A stretch of DNA of 64,000 nt from Phyllosticta citribraziliensis (Eukaryota), in assembly GCF_038025025.1 (NCBI RefSeq), contig NW_027117345.1, positions 434,001-498,000 on the forward strand, given 5' to 3'. The position numbers and the translations under genes are program-made. The notes below the pieces were generated by a model, which was not told the origin of the DNA, did not search any database, and saw only the letters and a program-made list of their open reading frames with translations. This document shows, one piece after another, positions 1 through 11,530 of the stretch. Numbering within the stretch: the first letter of the stretch is position 1; each line of letters begins with the position of its first letter.

Positions 1-658
1 CTACCAGCTGGCCAAGGTCATGACGACACCCTGCGTCGTTCTCGTCACCTTTGTCATTTTCCGGACCACCGTCACCGCTTACAGGATTCTCGCCATTCTG
101 TGCATCTGCGCTGGAGTCATCTTGACCAACGGCGGCTCGGCCCAGAGCAACCCGTTTGGCGCAGTCATTGCCGTCATGGCCGTCACCGTCACCGCCTTCT
201 ATCAGATTTGGATCGGAAAGAAGATTGACGACTTGGACGTGACTCCGCAACAGCTTTTGATGAACCAAGCTCCCATTTCGGCTTTTCTGTTACTTTTCAT
301 TGTTCCTTTGATGGACAAGATTCCGGACTTTCGTAAGACTGCCAATTCTTTTTCTTTTCTTTCTTTTCTCTTTTCCCGTCGCCAGCCATACTAACCAAAA
401 CCAGGCACGATACCCTCTGAAGTTTACTGGTCCCTGCTCGCATCTGGCATGATGGCGAGCGTTCTGAATCTTTCGCAATTTCTCATCATTAGCCGCACTT
501 CGGCTCTCACTTTCAACGTCGTTGGAAACCTCAAGACCATCCTGATTCTATCGTTTGGGTGGTACGCCGAAGGCAGGATTCCCACGCAACAAGAAACCTT
601 TGGAGTCCTACTTGCCGTCGGAGGTGGGTGGCTCTACGGCCACCTGAAGCGCAAATGA
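1..658 (+). CDS. SLC35E/triose-phosphate-transporter-family nucleotide-sugar transporter, 3' part (5' end outside window)
   Basis: Hydrophobic ORFs 20..394 and 449..658 joined by intron 333..404 (GTAAGA...CTAAC...CAG); motifs YQLAKVMTTP, QLLMNQAP, TSALTFNVVGNLKT typical of the TPT/SLC35E family. Confidence 0.85.
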
Positions 659-1545
659 GGTTTTGTTGAGCGCTACTCCACACCAAATCTGCGACACGAC
701 CAGTCTCACCAAAGACTGCGCATCGCACCAAAACCGGCCCATCTTTCATGAATTTGGCCATGGATGGATACAAGACATCCAGCCCACTCGATCCGCGATG
801 CGGCCCGGCCCAGATGCTGAATGACCCACATTCACAAGGCTGGCCGAAGGCATCCGCGCCGCCGCCGAAATCACTGCGCAAGCGGCGATCAGGAAGCCAG
901 CCTGGCCTCGTTGAAGGAGAGGGCGCAGGAGCAGTACCACACATGCCGCTTGAAGCATTCATGGTACTGTGGGTTTGAGTCGCCAGGAGGTTAGGGCGGG
1001 CGATTGCTTCGACGCAACAACGGTCAAGAAATTCGGCCACGCTTGCCTTTCCACAGCGGACGCAACCGTCGAACGCAAGAAAGGAAATTAAACAGCGACG
1101 TGGGCGCTAGAAGGAGAGACAGAGTCCGTAAAGACAAAAGAAAATCATCAGTGCACTTTGTGGCAAAGCGAAACCAATAAACAGCATATTTCAACAGTTT
1201 TCCTGATTCTGCATGAGGCTGCCAGCACAGGAGCTCGGAGCTCAAGACGATTGGCTCACCTTGTGAACCGTTGATGCAGAATGCCACAAAAAGGTTGTTG
1301 ATCTATGCTTCTTTTTTGCCGCCGGAGATAACAACCGGCTTGCCGGTTATTTCTCGGCTGGCTTTTAGCGCGTGGCCCAAGCTCCAAAGCTTGGCTGCTG
1401 ATCTTCAACCTCAACTCAACGTTCACTTTTGTGTGTGCGACTAAAACCCGGTCCGAAACACCTCCCACGGCCATCTCACGCCCAACCTTGAATATTTGGG
1501 GATCAAGACTTCTGCGCAAGCCAGTGAAGTCCCGGGCATTCGACC

Positions 1546-2381
1546 ATGGCCGATGAAGACGCGGAAAATGTGCTCAGCACGCAGTGGCCAGCTCCTCCGC
1601 CTTTCTGGAAGCATTTTACGCCTGAAAACCGCGCACGACTGAAGGAGCTTCAGGAAGCCTCTCATGGCGAAGACACGCTGATGACGGGCTCTGAAGACGC
1701 CCACAAGACCAATGACTTGAAGCCATCGGACCTGCCGCCAGAACTGCGCTACCTGGTTCCGCCCGCACCGCCAGCCTCGGGAAAGTACCGCAGCTTTGGC
1801 GACCAGTATGATGTACGGAGCACGACCCGACCGCTGGGAGATTCTGGAATGCTAAGACGCCACAGATCAATGCCCAGCTGCCCTCGCTCAAGGACATGGG
1901 CATGGAGCAGCTGTACCCTTCACCCGCCGAGCCCATCTCGCCGTCCGGCACGACGACGTCGCAGCAGACGCTCGACCGCGCCTCGTACCTGAAGCGCATG
2001 ACGCAGTCGCTCCTGCTCAACTTTCTCGAATACGTCGGCCTGCTGAGCATCAATCCGTCCGAGTGGGCCAACAAATTCAAGGACCTGGACACGCTACTGG
2101 TCAACTGCCACAGCTTGATCAACGAATACCGCCCGCACCAGGCCCGGGCCAGCTTGATCATGATGATGGAGGACCAGCTCCGGCGAAAGCGGGAAGAGGT
2201 CGAGGGCGTCAAGAAGATGGGCGACAAGATTGAGGCCGTGTTGGCGGGCCTGGGAAAAGAAAGCGTCGACGTGGGCGAGGTGACGGAGGAGAACGGCGCA
2301 AGAGCTGACGCCGATGAGCTGAGGCGCAAGCAGCAGAGAGCCATCTTCCGCGCTCTGGACGGTGAGTTGGCCGTGGATTGA
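1546..2381 (+). CDS. MED7: Mediator complex subunit 7
   Basis: N-terminal WPAPPPFWKHFT and C-terminal HSLINEYRPHQAR motifs of Med7; intron 1813..1865 (GTACGG...CTAAG...CAG) joins ORFs 1546 and 1896 in frame. Confidence 0.92.
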
Positions 2382-3108
2382 AGAAAAGACCAGATATCCA
2401 ATGGTGGACTTGCACTTGGGGGATTGAAAGCTCCGTTCAAGTAAACGAGGTGCCATCGGTTGCAAAGGAAGAGGAGTTCATAGGCGGCCCTGCCATCGAG
2501 GTGATGGATTGCCCTCCGCGCTGCATGTCAGCTGCCAGTGCAACCATCCTACGCACTCGAGCCGTTGTCTCTCGACGTCGTCGCCGCCACATCCTCGTAA
2601 GATGAGTTACCGCATCGCCGGCTCGCTTTTCCGCAAGCAAACAAGCCCGCAAGTCTAGACGGGTCGTCCGAAAACAACCAGCGGTGCCATCGTGCTGGCT
2701 CGCACGCTCCTCCCTCCAGAGTGCGCTCCTCTGCATTTAAAAGCAGGACGCAACCCGAACAGACCTGCCGGCGTGGCGCCCGTCTTACCACCAGACCGCG
2801 GACGCTTGCAGGGCAAGTATATCGCGAAAGAGGGAGAGCAAGACTAGACTAGACCCAAGATCCAATCGATTTGCTTTGGCCGCAAGAGCCGTGGCATACG
2901 CAAAAGAAGCGTCATCACTCATCAGCCGTTGCTTTGTGCGTCGTAAAATTTCCCGTTTATCGGTTTTTGCAAACGACACGTCGCCGCATGCTGGCATCGT
3001 CTCGTCCTGAGCACGCGCGCTCGCCTGGCAAAACTGTCTGCTCAGGTCGTCGATCGGACTGACACAGGGAGGTAGGTGTCTGTTGGCTTGCTCTGCTCCT
3101 ACGATGCC

Positions 3109-5299
3109 CTACAACTTCGCCTTATCCTTTCTATGCCCTGTCCCCGTCTCCTCTCCAACCCCCGCCGCATTCTCAGCATCAACGACGCAAACCAGCCACC
3201 CCTCCGCAACCTCCTCGCCATCTTCAACATCCATAACCCACCGCACGCGGCCCGCAACCGCACAGCGCACCTCGATTTCCATCTTCATCTGCCGCACGAC
3301 CGCGACGACGTCGCCCGCCGCCACAGCGTCGCCTTCGTCGACGCACAGCTCGACCAGCGTCCCGGCGAGCGGCAGCGCAACGTGCGACGGATCGCGCGGG
3401 TCCGCTAGCGGGCGTGCCAACGCAGCCGCGGCGGCAGACGTGGACGATGCGGTCAGGGAGAGCGTGTACGGCGTCGGGCTGGTCGAGCCGGGAGACGTGA
3501 AGAGTATCTCGGCGGCCAGCGAGGCGGGGAAGTCGTTGCGCAGGATTCGCGTCAGTTCGAGGTGGTGTTTGCTGGGCGGCTCGTTCTGCTGGTCGAATGC
3601 TCCCTGCGGCGTGAGCGCAACGTCCCACGCGTCGCCCTTTCGGAAGAGCAATGTGGAGGCGCTGACGTTGGTCAGCGGCGCCGTTTCTGCTGTTGTAGTT
3701 GATGATGGCACTGCTGCGGTGGCCGAAGCCATCGCGCTCAGCCGCGCCGCCTCACGCGCTGCCAGCGCGGCCGTAATGCGTGCCCCCTCGGCGACAAGGC
3801 TCGCCTGCTGCGTCTCCAGCCACTGCGTCGAGCAGAGCCCGGCCGCAAAGTCGCTGTGCGACACGACGGCGCGCAGGAGGCTCAGGTTCGTCTTGACGCC
3901 CTCGATGCGCGTGTCGTCGAGGGCTCGCCGCGCCTTGCGCCGTGCCTCGTCCCGCGTTGGCGCCGTGACGACCAGTTTGGCCAGCAAGCTGTCGAAGTCT
4001 GGTGAGACTTTTGTGGCGTGCCCGGGGACTAGGTGCGTGTCTACTCTGACGCCGTTGCCGGATGGGAAGCGGAAGGAGGTGATGTTGCCGACTGATAGCG
4101 CCCAGCTGTTTTGTGGATCTTCGGCCGTGATGCGCAGTTGGATTGAGTGGAGGGGTGAGTTGGCCGGTATGTCTGAAAGCCCGCATGAGGCGAGGGAGGA
4201 GCCCTGAGCGAGGAGCAGTTGGGTTCTGACGAGGTCGATGTTGGATATGGATTCAGTGATGGTGTGCTCGACCTGCAGGCGTGGGTTAATTTCAAGAAAG
4301 AAAAACTCGCCGAGCTGAGGGTTCACGAGGAATTCAAAAGTCCCCAGAGAGAAGTATTTGACCTGGAGAAGTCAGCATGATGGATTAGAAGGAGCATCGG
4401 CTTATTCACCCTTTTCGCCATCTCAACGGCAGCTTCGATGACTTTGCCCACCAACCCCCTGTCCGGTATTGTGCTGGGCGCCACTTCGACCACTTTTTGG
4501 TACCGTCTCTGGATGCTGCATTCTCTCTCCCACACATGGCAGATATTTCCCTTTCCATCTCCCACAATCTGCACTTCGACGTGGCGGAACCCGTCAATGG
4601 CAGCTTTCTCGGCAAACACTTGCCGCGAGGGACTTTCCTCAATCGCACGCCTCGCAGCCTTTTCCAACTCTTCGGCACGCCTGATGAGACGAATGCCTCT
4701 CCCACCGCCTCCGTCGACGGCCTTGACCATAATCGGAAAGCCCACCTTCGAGGCAAAGGCTTCAATGTCGTCGACGCTGTTGGTTGGTCGGAGGAGTGCA
4801 GGACACACCGGCACCCGACCTACGCTTGTCAACTCGAACACGCAGTGTTTGAAAGAGAGGCCGTACATGCTTCAGCCAGCGCTCGCGCCTTCAGCTTGTC
4901 GCCCGTCGCTTCGAGAATCTCACTGCCCGGTCCGATCACCACGATGCTCGCTTCGTCCCACATGCGCCTCGCAAACTCGGCGCTCTCGCTGAGGAAGCCA
5001 TATCCAGGATGGATCGCGTCAATCTGATGCCTTCTGGCTATCTCTATGAGTTCGGAGACGTCGAGATAGGACGACACTGAAGACAGCTCGATTGCGTGGT
5101 CTGCTGCGAGCACGTGAGATGTGTCAGACGGCGTGAAGACGGCGTAGGTCTCTATGTCGAGTTCTCTTGCTGCGAAGAATATCCTGGTGGCAATCTCGCC
5201 TCTGCCGTCTAGTCAGTCGTCTGAGTTCCATACTTCGAGGACGCTTTTGGCTTGCCTGTTGCTGACTAGCAAACGTTTGATAGGACCGTGTTGGGCCAT
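3109..5299 (-). CDS. Biotin carboxylase plus biotinyl (BCCP) subunit of an acyl-CoA carboxylase; C-terminal AKL (PTS1)
   Basis: Spliced model MAQHGPIKRLLVSNRGEIA..., IHPGYGFLSE, KAVDGGGGRGIR, ERECSIQRRYQK, FLEINPRLQVEH, biotin site QMKM; three introns, first is GC-AG 5202..5255; no carboxyltransferase domain. Confidence 0.9.
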
Positions 5300-5561
5300 T
5301 TGGGAAAAGCAACAAATCTGTTCAACCCAGCTCTTGCAGTCTCTTTCCGTCGACCAACTTGCCAATGTTCGCTTTCAATGCCATTGTTTTGGGAAGAGAA
5401 AGATGAGAGGAAGTTGAGTGTCGGCAACAGCGACGTGGGGTAGCTCCAGGGACCGAGGCACTTCAACCCCCGCGCTCTTCAACTACGCGTCATTGCTCAA
5501 CCAGCACCATGTAGCGCAGAAGCAGCCGCTCCACCGGAGCATTCTCAATCACGGCTTCAAG
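5300..5561. promoter_or_regulatory. Bidirectional promoter (262 bp) shared by the two carboxylase subunits, with CCGAGG (FarA/FarB-type core) at 5453..5458
   Basis: ATGs at 5299 (-) and 5562 (+) face away from each other; CCGAGG is present but a single 6-mer could be chance. Confidence 0.55.
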
Positions 5562-7504
5562 ATGACGGGAAACGACGATGCCAGTGGTAAGCCGGCCGAA
5601 TCTGCGGCCTCGCGACGGCTTGCGCAAGTGTCATCACACGTCGCGCAAACGAACAGACTCCAAAACGACAACGCCAGTCCGCCCAGCTCTCCAGCATCGG
5701 AAGAAAAGCCAACGCGCCGCCGCCGCAAAGCGCGGAAGCAGTCGTCCCTCCCCGCCGACTACTCGGACGTCCTGTCCAATCTGGCTGCGCTGCGTGACAT
5801 GGCGTCGAAGCCGACGCACCGCGGCTACACGCGCCAGAAGCAAGCAGGCAAGCTCTGGGTGAGAGAACGCGTGGCCCAATTGCTTGATCCGGGGTCGTTC
5901 AGGGAGGTGGGCAGCGTGAGTGGGACTGTCGAGTGGAGGCAGGTCGACGGCGAGAGGGAAGAGCCCGTGAGCTTTGTGCCGAGCAATAATGTGCAGGGCT
6001 TTGGGTTGCTCGGTGGGAGGAAGGTCGTGCTTACGGCCGATGACTTTTCTCTCAGGGCTGGCCATGCTGATGGGGCTTTGGCGGCGAAGACGGTGAGTTT
6101 TCGTCAAGTTTTGCAGTCCAATTCTCCATTTCATCGCCGATCTTTTGTTCTCAACATTTTGGGTATATTGCTTTGCTGACACCTTCTAGTTGTACATGGA
6201 GAAGCTTGCGGTGGCTCTGCAGCTCCCCATGATCAAGCTCGTGGACGGCTCTTCAGGTGGCGGCTCTGTGACAACCATAATCGAAGAAGGATACTCCTAT
6301 GTTCCCCCAATGGTTGGCTTCGACTCGGTAGTTAAACAGCTCAATATGGGAATCCCGAACCTGGGTGCCGTTCTGGGCCCAGCAATTGGCCTAGGAGTAA
6401 TCATGTTACTCTCCCTTTATCGACTGTCCATGCTAACATTTGCAGGCTGCTCGTGTCACTGCGTGCCACTTTTCCGTCATGGCCGCAGACGTTGGATCTC
6501 TCTTTAATGCTGGGCCTAAGGTAGTAGCAAAAGCGACATTTGAAGAAGGCCTCAGTCCGCGTCAGTTGGGAGGTCCTGGCATGCACTGCACAAATGGCAC
6601 CATTGACAACCTTGCGGCGAACGAATCCGAATGCTTCGAGCAATTGCGTACCGTCCTCAGCTACCTCCCCTCCAGTGGAACCCAACTGCCTCCCGTAGCA
6701 GAATCCTCAGACCCCCTGAGCCGGCAAACGCCCTCTCTCCGCACTGCAATACCTCGCGTCCGCTCCCGCGCATACAACCCCTTGCCCATCATCACAACCC
6801 TCGTCGACGCTTCATCCTTTTTCCAAATCGGACAGCACTGGGGTCAGACTGCCATAACAGGCCTTGCACGGCTCGGCGGCCACCCAATCGGCATCCTCGC
6901 GCTGAACCCGCTCGTCAACAGCGGTGCCCTCGACGCCGCCGGATCGCAAAAGCTGACCCGACACCTCAAATTCTGCGACGTCTTCAACCTGCCCGTCGTC
7001 CAGCTCGTCGACGTACCTGGCTACGCGGTGGGCACGGCAGCCGAGCGCAGCGCAACCATGCGCCACGGCGTCGCGCTCGCAACGACGTACTACGCGACGA
7101 GCGTGCCCATCTTCTCGGTCCTCGTGCGCCGCGTGTACGGCGTCGCCGGCGCCGTCATGGTCGACAGCCGCGACCCGCACCACCGCGTGGTATGGCCCAG
7201 CGGCGAGTGGGGCAGCCTGCCGCTCGACGGCGGCATCGAGGTCGGCCATTCTCAGGAGCTGCGCGACGTGCTGGCTGCTCGTGGCCAGGAAGCTCGCGAT
7301 GCCCGCTATGCGGAGCTCGAGCAGCAGTATCGTCGCTTGATGAATCCTGTCCGCACGGCGAATGCGTTTGGTGTTGAGGAGATCATCGACCCTGCTGTCA
7401 CGCGGCAGGTCGTAGGTGAGTGGGTAAAGCACATGTATGAAGTGCTGTTGCCAGATAGGGTGCAGAGGAGGATGGTAGGGACATTGAGTCCAAGGTTTAC
7501 GTGA
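5562..7504 (+). CDS. Acyl-CoA carboxylase carboxyltransferase subunit with N-terminal PTS2-like motif
   Basis: Motifs GKLWVRERVAQLLDPGSF, ADDFSLRAG, LGGPGMHCTNG, LVDVPGY, WPSGEWGSLPLDGG, FGVEEIIDP; introns 6093..6189 and 6397..6445; RLAQVSSHV at 5616..5642. Confidence 0.9.
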
Positions 7505-8072
7505 AGAGTGTATTGTTTCGCAGAACTGCGCGGCGGGGACGGGTAAGAGAAGGATGGCCGTTTGGTTTCCTCCCTTTTCTTTACTTCAAATCTTTGTTTC
7601 CTTCAGCAAGATGGGTACTTCCTTGTCCACATTGTCCACATTCAAGTTTCCAAGGCACATACCTTTGATGATCACAGCGGCGCACTTGACATCTCTGCCC
7701 AAGTCTGCCTTTGGCTCCACAGTGGGCGTGGAAAGAACTGATGCCTCCTAGTACTGCGGCAATGTCTAGGGAGCATTCGTCTGCTGCCACCGTCACGCCC
7801 AGGGAGCTGTCGTTCGCAAGTGCAGCAAAGCCCAGAAATTAACACTTTTCCAGCGCCCGCGTCGGGTCGTGGAGAAAGGTGCCATGTCGCGCCTGCCTCA
7901 AATGATGGCCGCCGGCGCACACAGTGCGCATGTAAACAAACCCTCGACGCCAAAATTGCTCCCATCTTTCTTCATCGTCGGCCAACTCTTGCTTGCATCT
8001 CTCCACCCTCGACCCTTTTGCTTTGCAAGCACCCTCGTCGTTCGTTTCGTCTTTTAGCTCCATTGCATCACC

Positions 8073-9784
8073 ATGTCTCAAGGACGCCCCCAGCTTCCGG
8101 GCCGGGGTGCCGTCCTCTACGGCGTGGGCCCGTTTCTCCGCCGCCGCTCTGCCCCTGGTACTGATGCCGTCAATACTTCGACTCCAGCTGGTTCTTCTGG
8201 TTCTTCTGCTGCTCGTCCAATCTCTTCCAGCGAGAGCCATACCACAGCTTCCTCTGCTCAGCCAAGCGGTCACCGCCTCGCACCGCCGCCAACATCCGGT
8301 CTGACGCCACAGTCGCCGAGACAGAATTGTCGTCTTCCTGAAGAGAATCCAGACAAATGCATGATAGACACCAAGGGAATATTCGCGGGACAAGTCGATG
8401 CGTATAGACGAGTTGCGGAAAATGTTCAGTTGCTTCAGTCTTTTGCTGCTGAATTGAGCAATGGAGTTGATGAAGCCGACACACAGGTTGGTGAAAGACT
8501 CGCTACCCTTTGAAGTGCTTCTTGTTCGTCACCTGACACCTCTCCAAACAGGACCATGTAGGACCTGCTGGACCTAGCCAGCCCACGAATCCAAACACGG
8601 CAAATTTCCTCTTCAATCCAAGAACATCCACTACCCGCGCTCGGCGCGTGCGCCAGCAGTCTTCAGCTCCGCGTGAAACGTCTTACGGATGGGGTGTACA
8701 CAAGGACTTCGATGACTGTTCAAGGAGCGAGCAGAGGAAGAGACTGAGCGCGCTCAGGCATATTGCCGCATACTGGGAACTTGACAGCAGCACGAACGAC
8801 ATCCTTTCCGTATTGGAGGAGCTGCGTCCAACCGAGGCACTGGTTGACCACGGCAAAGGAGCTCATGAAAAGCCCACCATCGACGAGTATTTCGCCCGCC
8901 AATTTTACGAAAAGGACGACCGTGATTGTTCATCGGTCTACCTCGGACTCCTCGCCCGCTATTCGGAGCTGTTCTGTGGTGATCGTCGCAGTCATGGCCT
9001 CGATATCCTTCGCTATCATGCCAACATCCGCCAAATGCCAGACAGCGACCACCCTCTTTGGGACATCATGGAGCTAATTCGTGACGACATCTCCAGAGCT
9101 CTTGATCAGCCCTGCTTGGAGAAGATTCTCATTCACCCTTCGCAAAGGCTTGCGATGCGCTTGCAAAACATACGGGACGACGTGGCGATCATCGAACAAG
9201 AGGGAATAGAGGCGATGATGGCGGAACAGCGAACCCATAAAGACTCTCGAAAGCTGGAGTCGATGATGAGATTGCAGCAAAAGAAGCTAGCTAGACTCGT
9301 GCAGTCGCTGAGCAACCAGCTGTCTGTCCAGATGCAAAGGCTTCCGCCCCGCGAGGCAGCCACTCTTCAGGATCCGCGGGAGATCTCGATCGACATGTCT
9401 TTCTGCCGTCCGGGCCAGCCTCTTTCGTACAAGGTTGAATTCCCTGGCGAGGAATTCACTTACAATGGCATAATGCAAGGCAACCTTGCGCCCAACTTGC
9501 GCCCAACTTGTCTCAAAGTCGAGCTCTCCCAGTTGAAGAAACGTTGCAAGAATCAGCAGCGCACTGTCGACAACCATATGCGTCAAATCCATCAACGTGC
9601 GATGGCATGCGTTGGAGGCCGCCTCATCAACAAGAAGGCGCACACCCGAGCAATCAATGACTACGTCCACACCCACGCGAAGGAGGCCCGCCGCCTTCAT
9701 CGGGCCCTCCTCAAGTCAGCTCGCTTGAAAGCCTCTGTTCAGATGGTCAACTTCCACCTTCGCGCTCACAGCATGTCATTGTAA
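8073..9784 (+). CDS. Hypothetical protein (~548 aa), low-complexity N-terminus and coiled-coil-like C-terminal half
   Basis: ORFs 8073 and 8648 join in phase 0 through intron 8487..8551 (GTTGGT...CTGAC...CAG); no family motif recognised. Confidence 0.6.
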
Positions 9785-10292
9785 GTCCACTGAGTTCTCG
9801 GTTCGCACTGCAACATGTCACTAACCCTGCAACCGTGCCAGTCTCCACGAAGTTAAGCGGTGAGGTTTCGAGCGCCCGCATTCTGGTCTTGGACTTCCAA
9901 GCCATTGGCTCATTTGCTCAAGAGTGCACTGTAAACGCACGTGTGTACGCGTCGTTCAGTCGTTGAGAGCTGCGAAACTTCTTTTCATACTGGAATTGTC
10001 GGTTCTGGGGGGACGGCTTCGCGGTAGTGGTCGACTGCTATTCACGAAGGCAGAATTTCGCTGCTACAGAGCGATATGGGTCGGGAAGGTTCAGCGGGAA
10101 GGTTGCGCGGGAAGGATTACTGCGGTTGTGTACTTTAAACGGTCATGAGGGCTATGTACATAGTGTAGGTAAGGCGAGGTGAGGTGAGGCGAGGCAGGAT
10201 GGGTCTAGATAGAAAACTCTTGAAAACCACTTCAAAGTCCAAGCAAGCAGCGGTGTGTATCAACGGCCAAAGGGGAGGCGCCTAAACTATGA

Positions 10293-10480
10293 ATATTTGT
10301 CATCCACCAAAATGGTGGGTTTATATTTTGCAAAAGCGAGATGATTTAGCACCGGAACCAAGAGGCGTCCGACCGTCGACGCTCTTGAGGAAAGGCGTTA
10401 TCTACCAACTCGCTTAGAATCCATAACAGCTGACTTCTGTTCGATTCCGGGCGGGGGATGACGATATTCAATTTCTTTTT
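10293..10480 (+). ncRNA. Candidate structured Pol III-type ncRNA or tRNA relic
   Basis: B-box-like GTTCGATTCC at 10439..10448, T-run at 10472..10480, upstream hairpins; no complete cloverleaf. Confidence 0.25.
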
Positions 10481-11530
10481 GCATTTTGGCCGCAAAGTTG
10501 TTTGTCTCTTTTGCTTGTGGCCTTCCGGCGGCTTGGAGGCAGACGGGCGCGGACATCGACGACACTGACACCTCTCTACCACCACCTAGCTGACCACCGT
10601 CCTCTTTTGCTTCTTGTGTCCTCCCATCCTGCTTCCCTTCCTCCTCACTACATGTAGAGTGCCTGAAGAGCCAGTCCGGCCGTGGTGACTGCACGATTGC
10701 AGCTGCCTACAACCACATGCAGTCACCCACCTTTAACCCTCTCACACATCCATCCTCTACACCCGCTAGTCACTACCTTGTTTTCTTCAACATGACGTTG
10801 CCATGTTGACGCCTTGCCGACCCGCTCATGCGCGACAGACAGTATGGACAACAATGTGCTGCCCTCTTTGACGCAAACCACAACGATACCGCAAAATAGA
10901 AGAAGAGACAGAGCGATCAGGCATTCTGTGTAGGCAGCATGGCAGGTCGAGCGAAACATGTTGACAGCGCACGTCGAAGAAGTTCATGCGCGACAGAACA
11001 TAATGCCTGATGGACCGCGCAACCAGGGCGCAAGACGGCGGTCTCGGATTGACGTATCACTTTGAATGCTCCTTGCCTCTATTTGCACGAAAGTCTTGGA
11101 CATTTTCATCTTGAACACAAACGCTCTAAACGGTAGCGGGTATGATGCTGCGCCTCATGCTCTTTCTTCCTCATTCAAAATCATTTCCATTGGTACCCCG
11201 TGCAAGATACTTCTCCATCTACTTTCAGCCTCACACAAATGACAACAATAACTGAACGACTTCACAGAGAAAGGGAGCAACAAAAAAAAGTCAAAGATCC
11301 AGGCCAAGAATACAGCCAGTTTATTACATACAAGAAGGGTGTTTATTGCAATAAGCGAGCGCAAAACAGCAACAAAACAAGACAAGCACAACGATCCATC
11401 GACCACCAACCCAGCCACCTGATTCAGCCTACATCCATGCACCATCAACAAACACATCAACCCACCATCGTCACTGTGCCGTAACGGGTCCAGTCAATGT
11501 CGAGAAGACGTGGCGGAGACGATGATGCGT

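Noticed and set aside
3083..4207. Long antisense or alternate-frame ORFs over real genes (e.g. 3083..4207 +, 20140..21318 +, 33104..33973 +, 47264..48394 +)
   Set aside because: Shadow ORFs expected from GC-rich codon bias; the opposite strand carries the conserved protein motifs
10341..10390. SECIS-like pattern ATGA-N11-AA...GA
   Set aside because: Helix II does not pair, there is no upstream selenoprotein-like ORF, and Dikarya lack the Sec machinery
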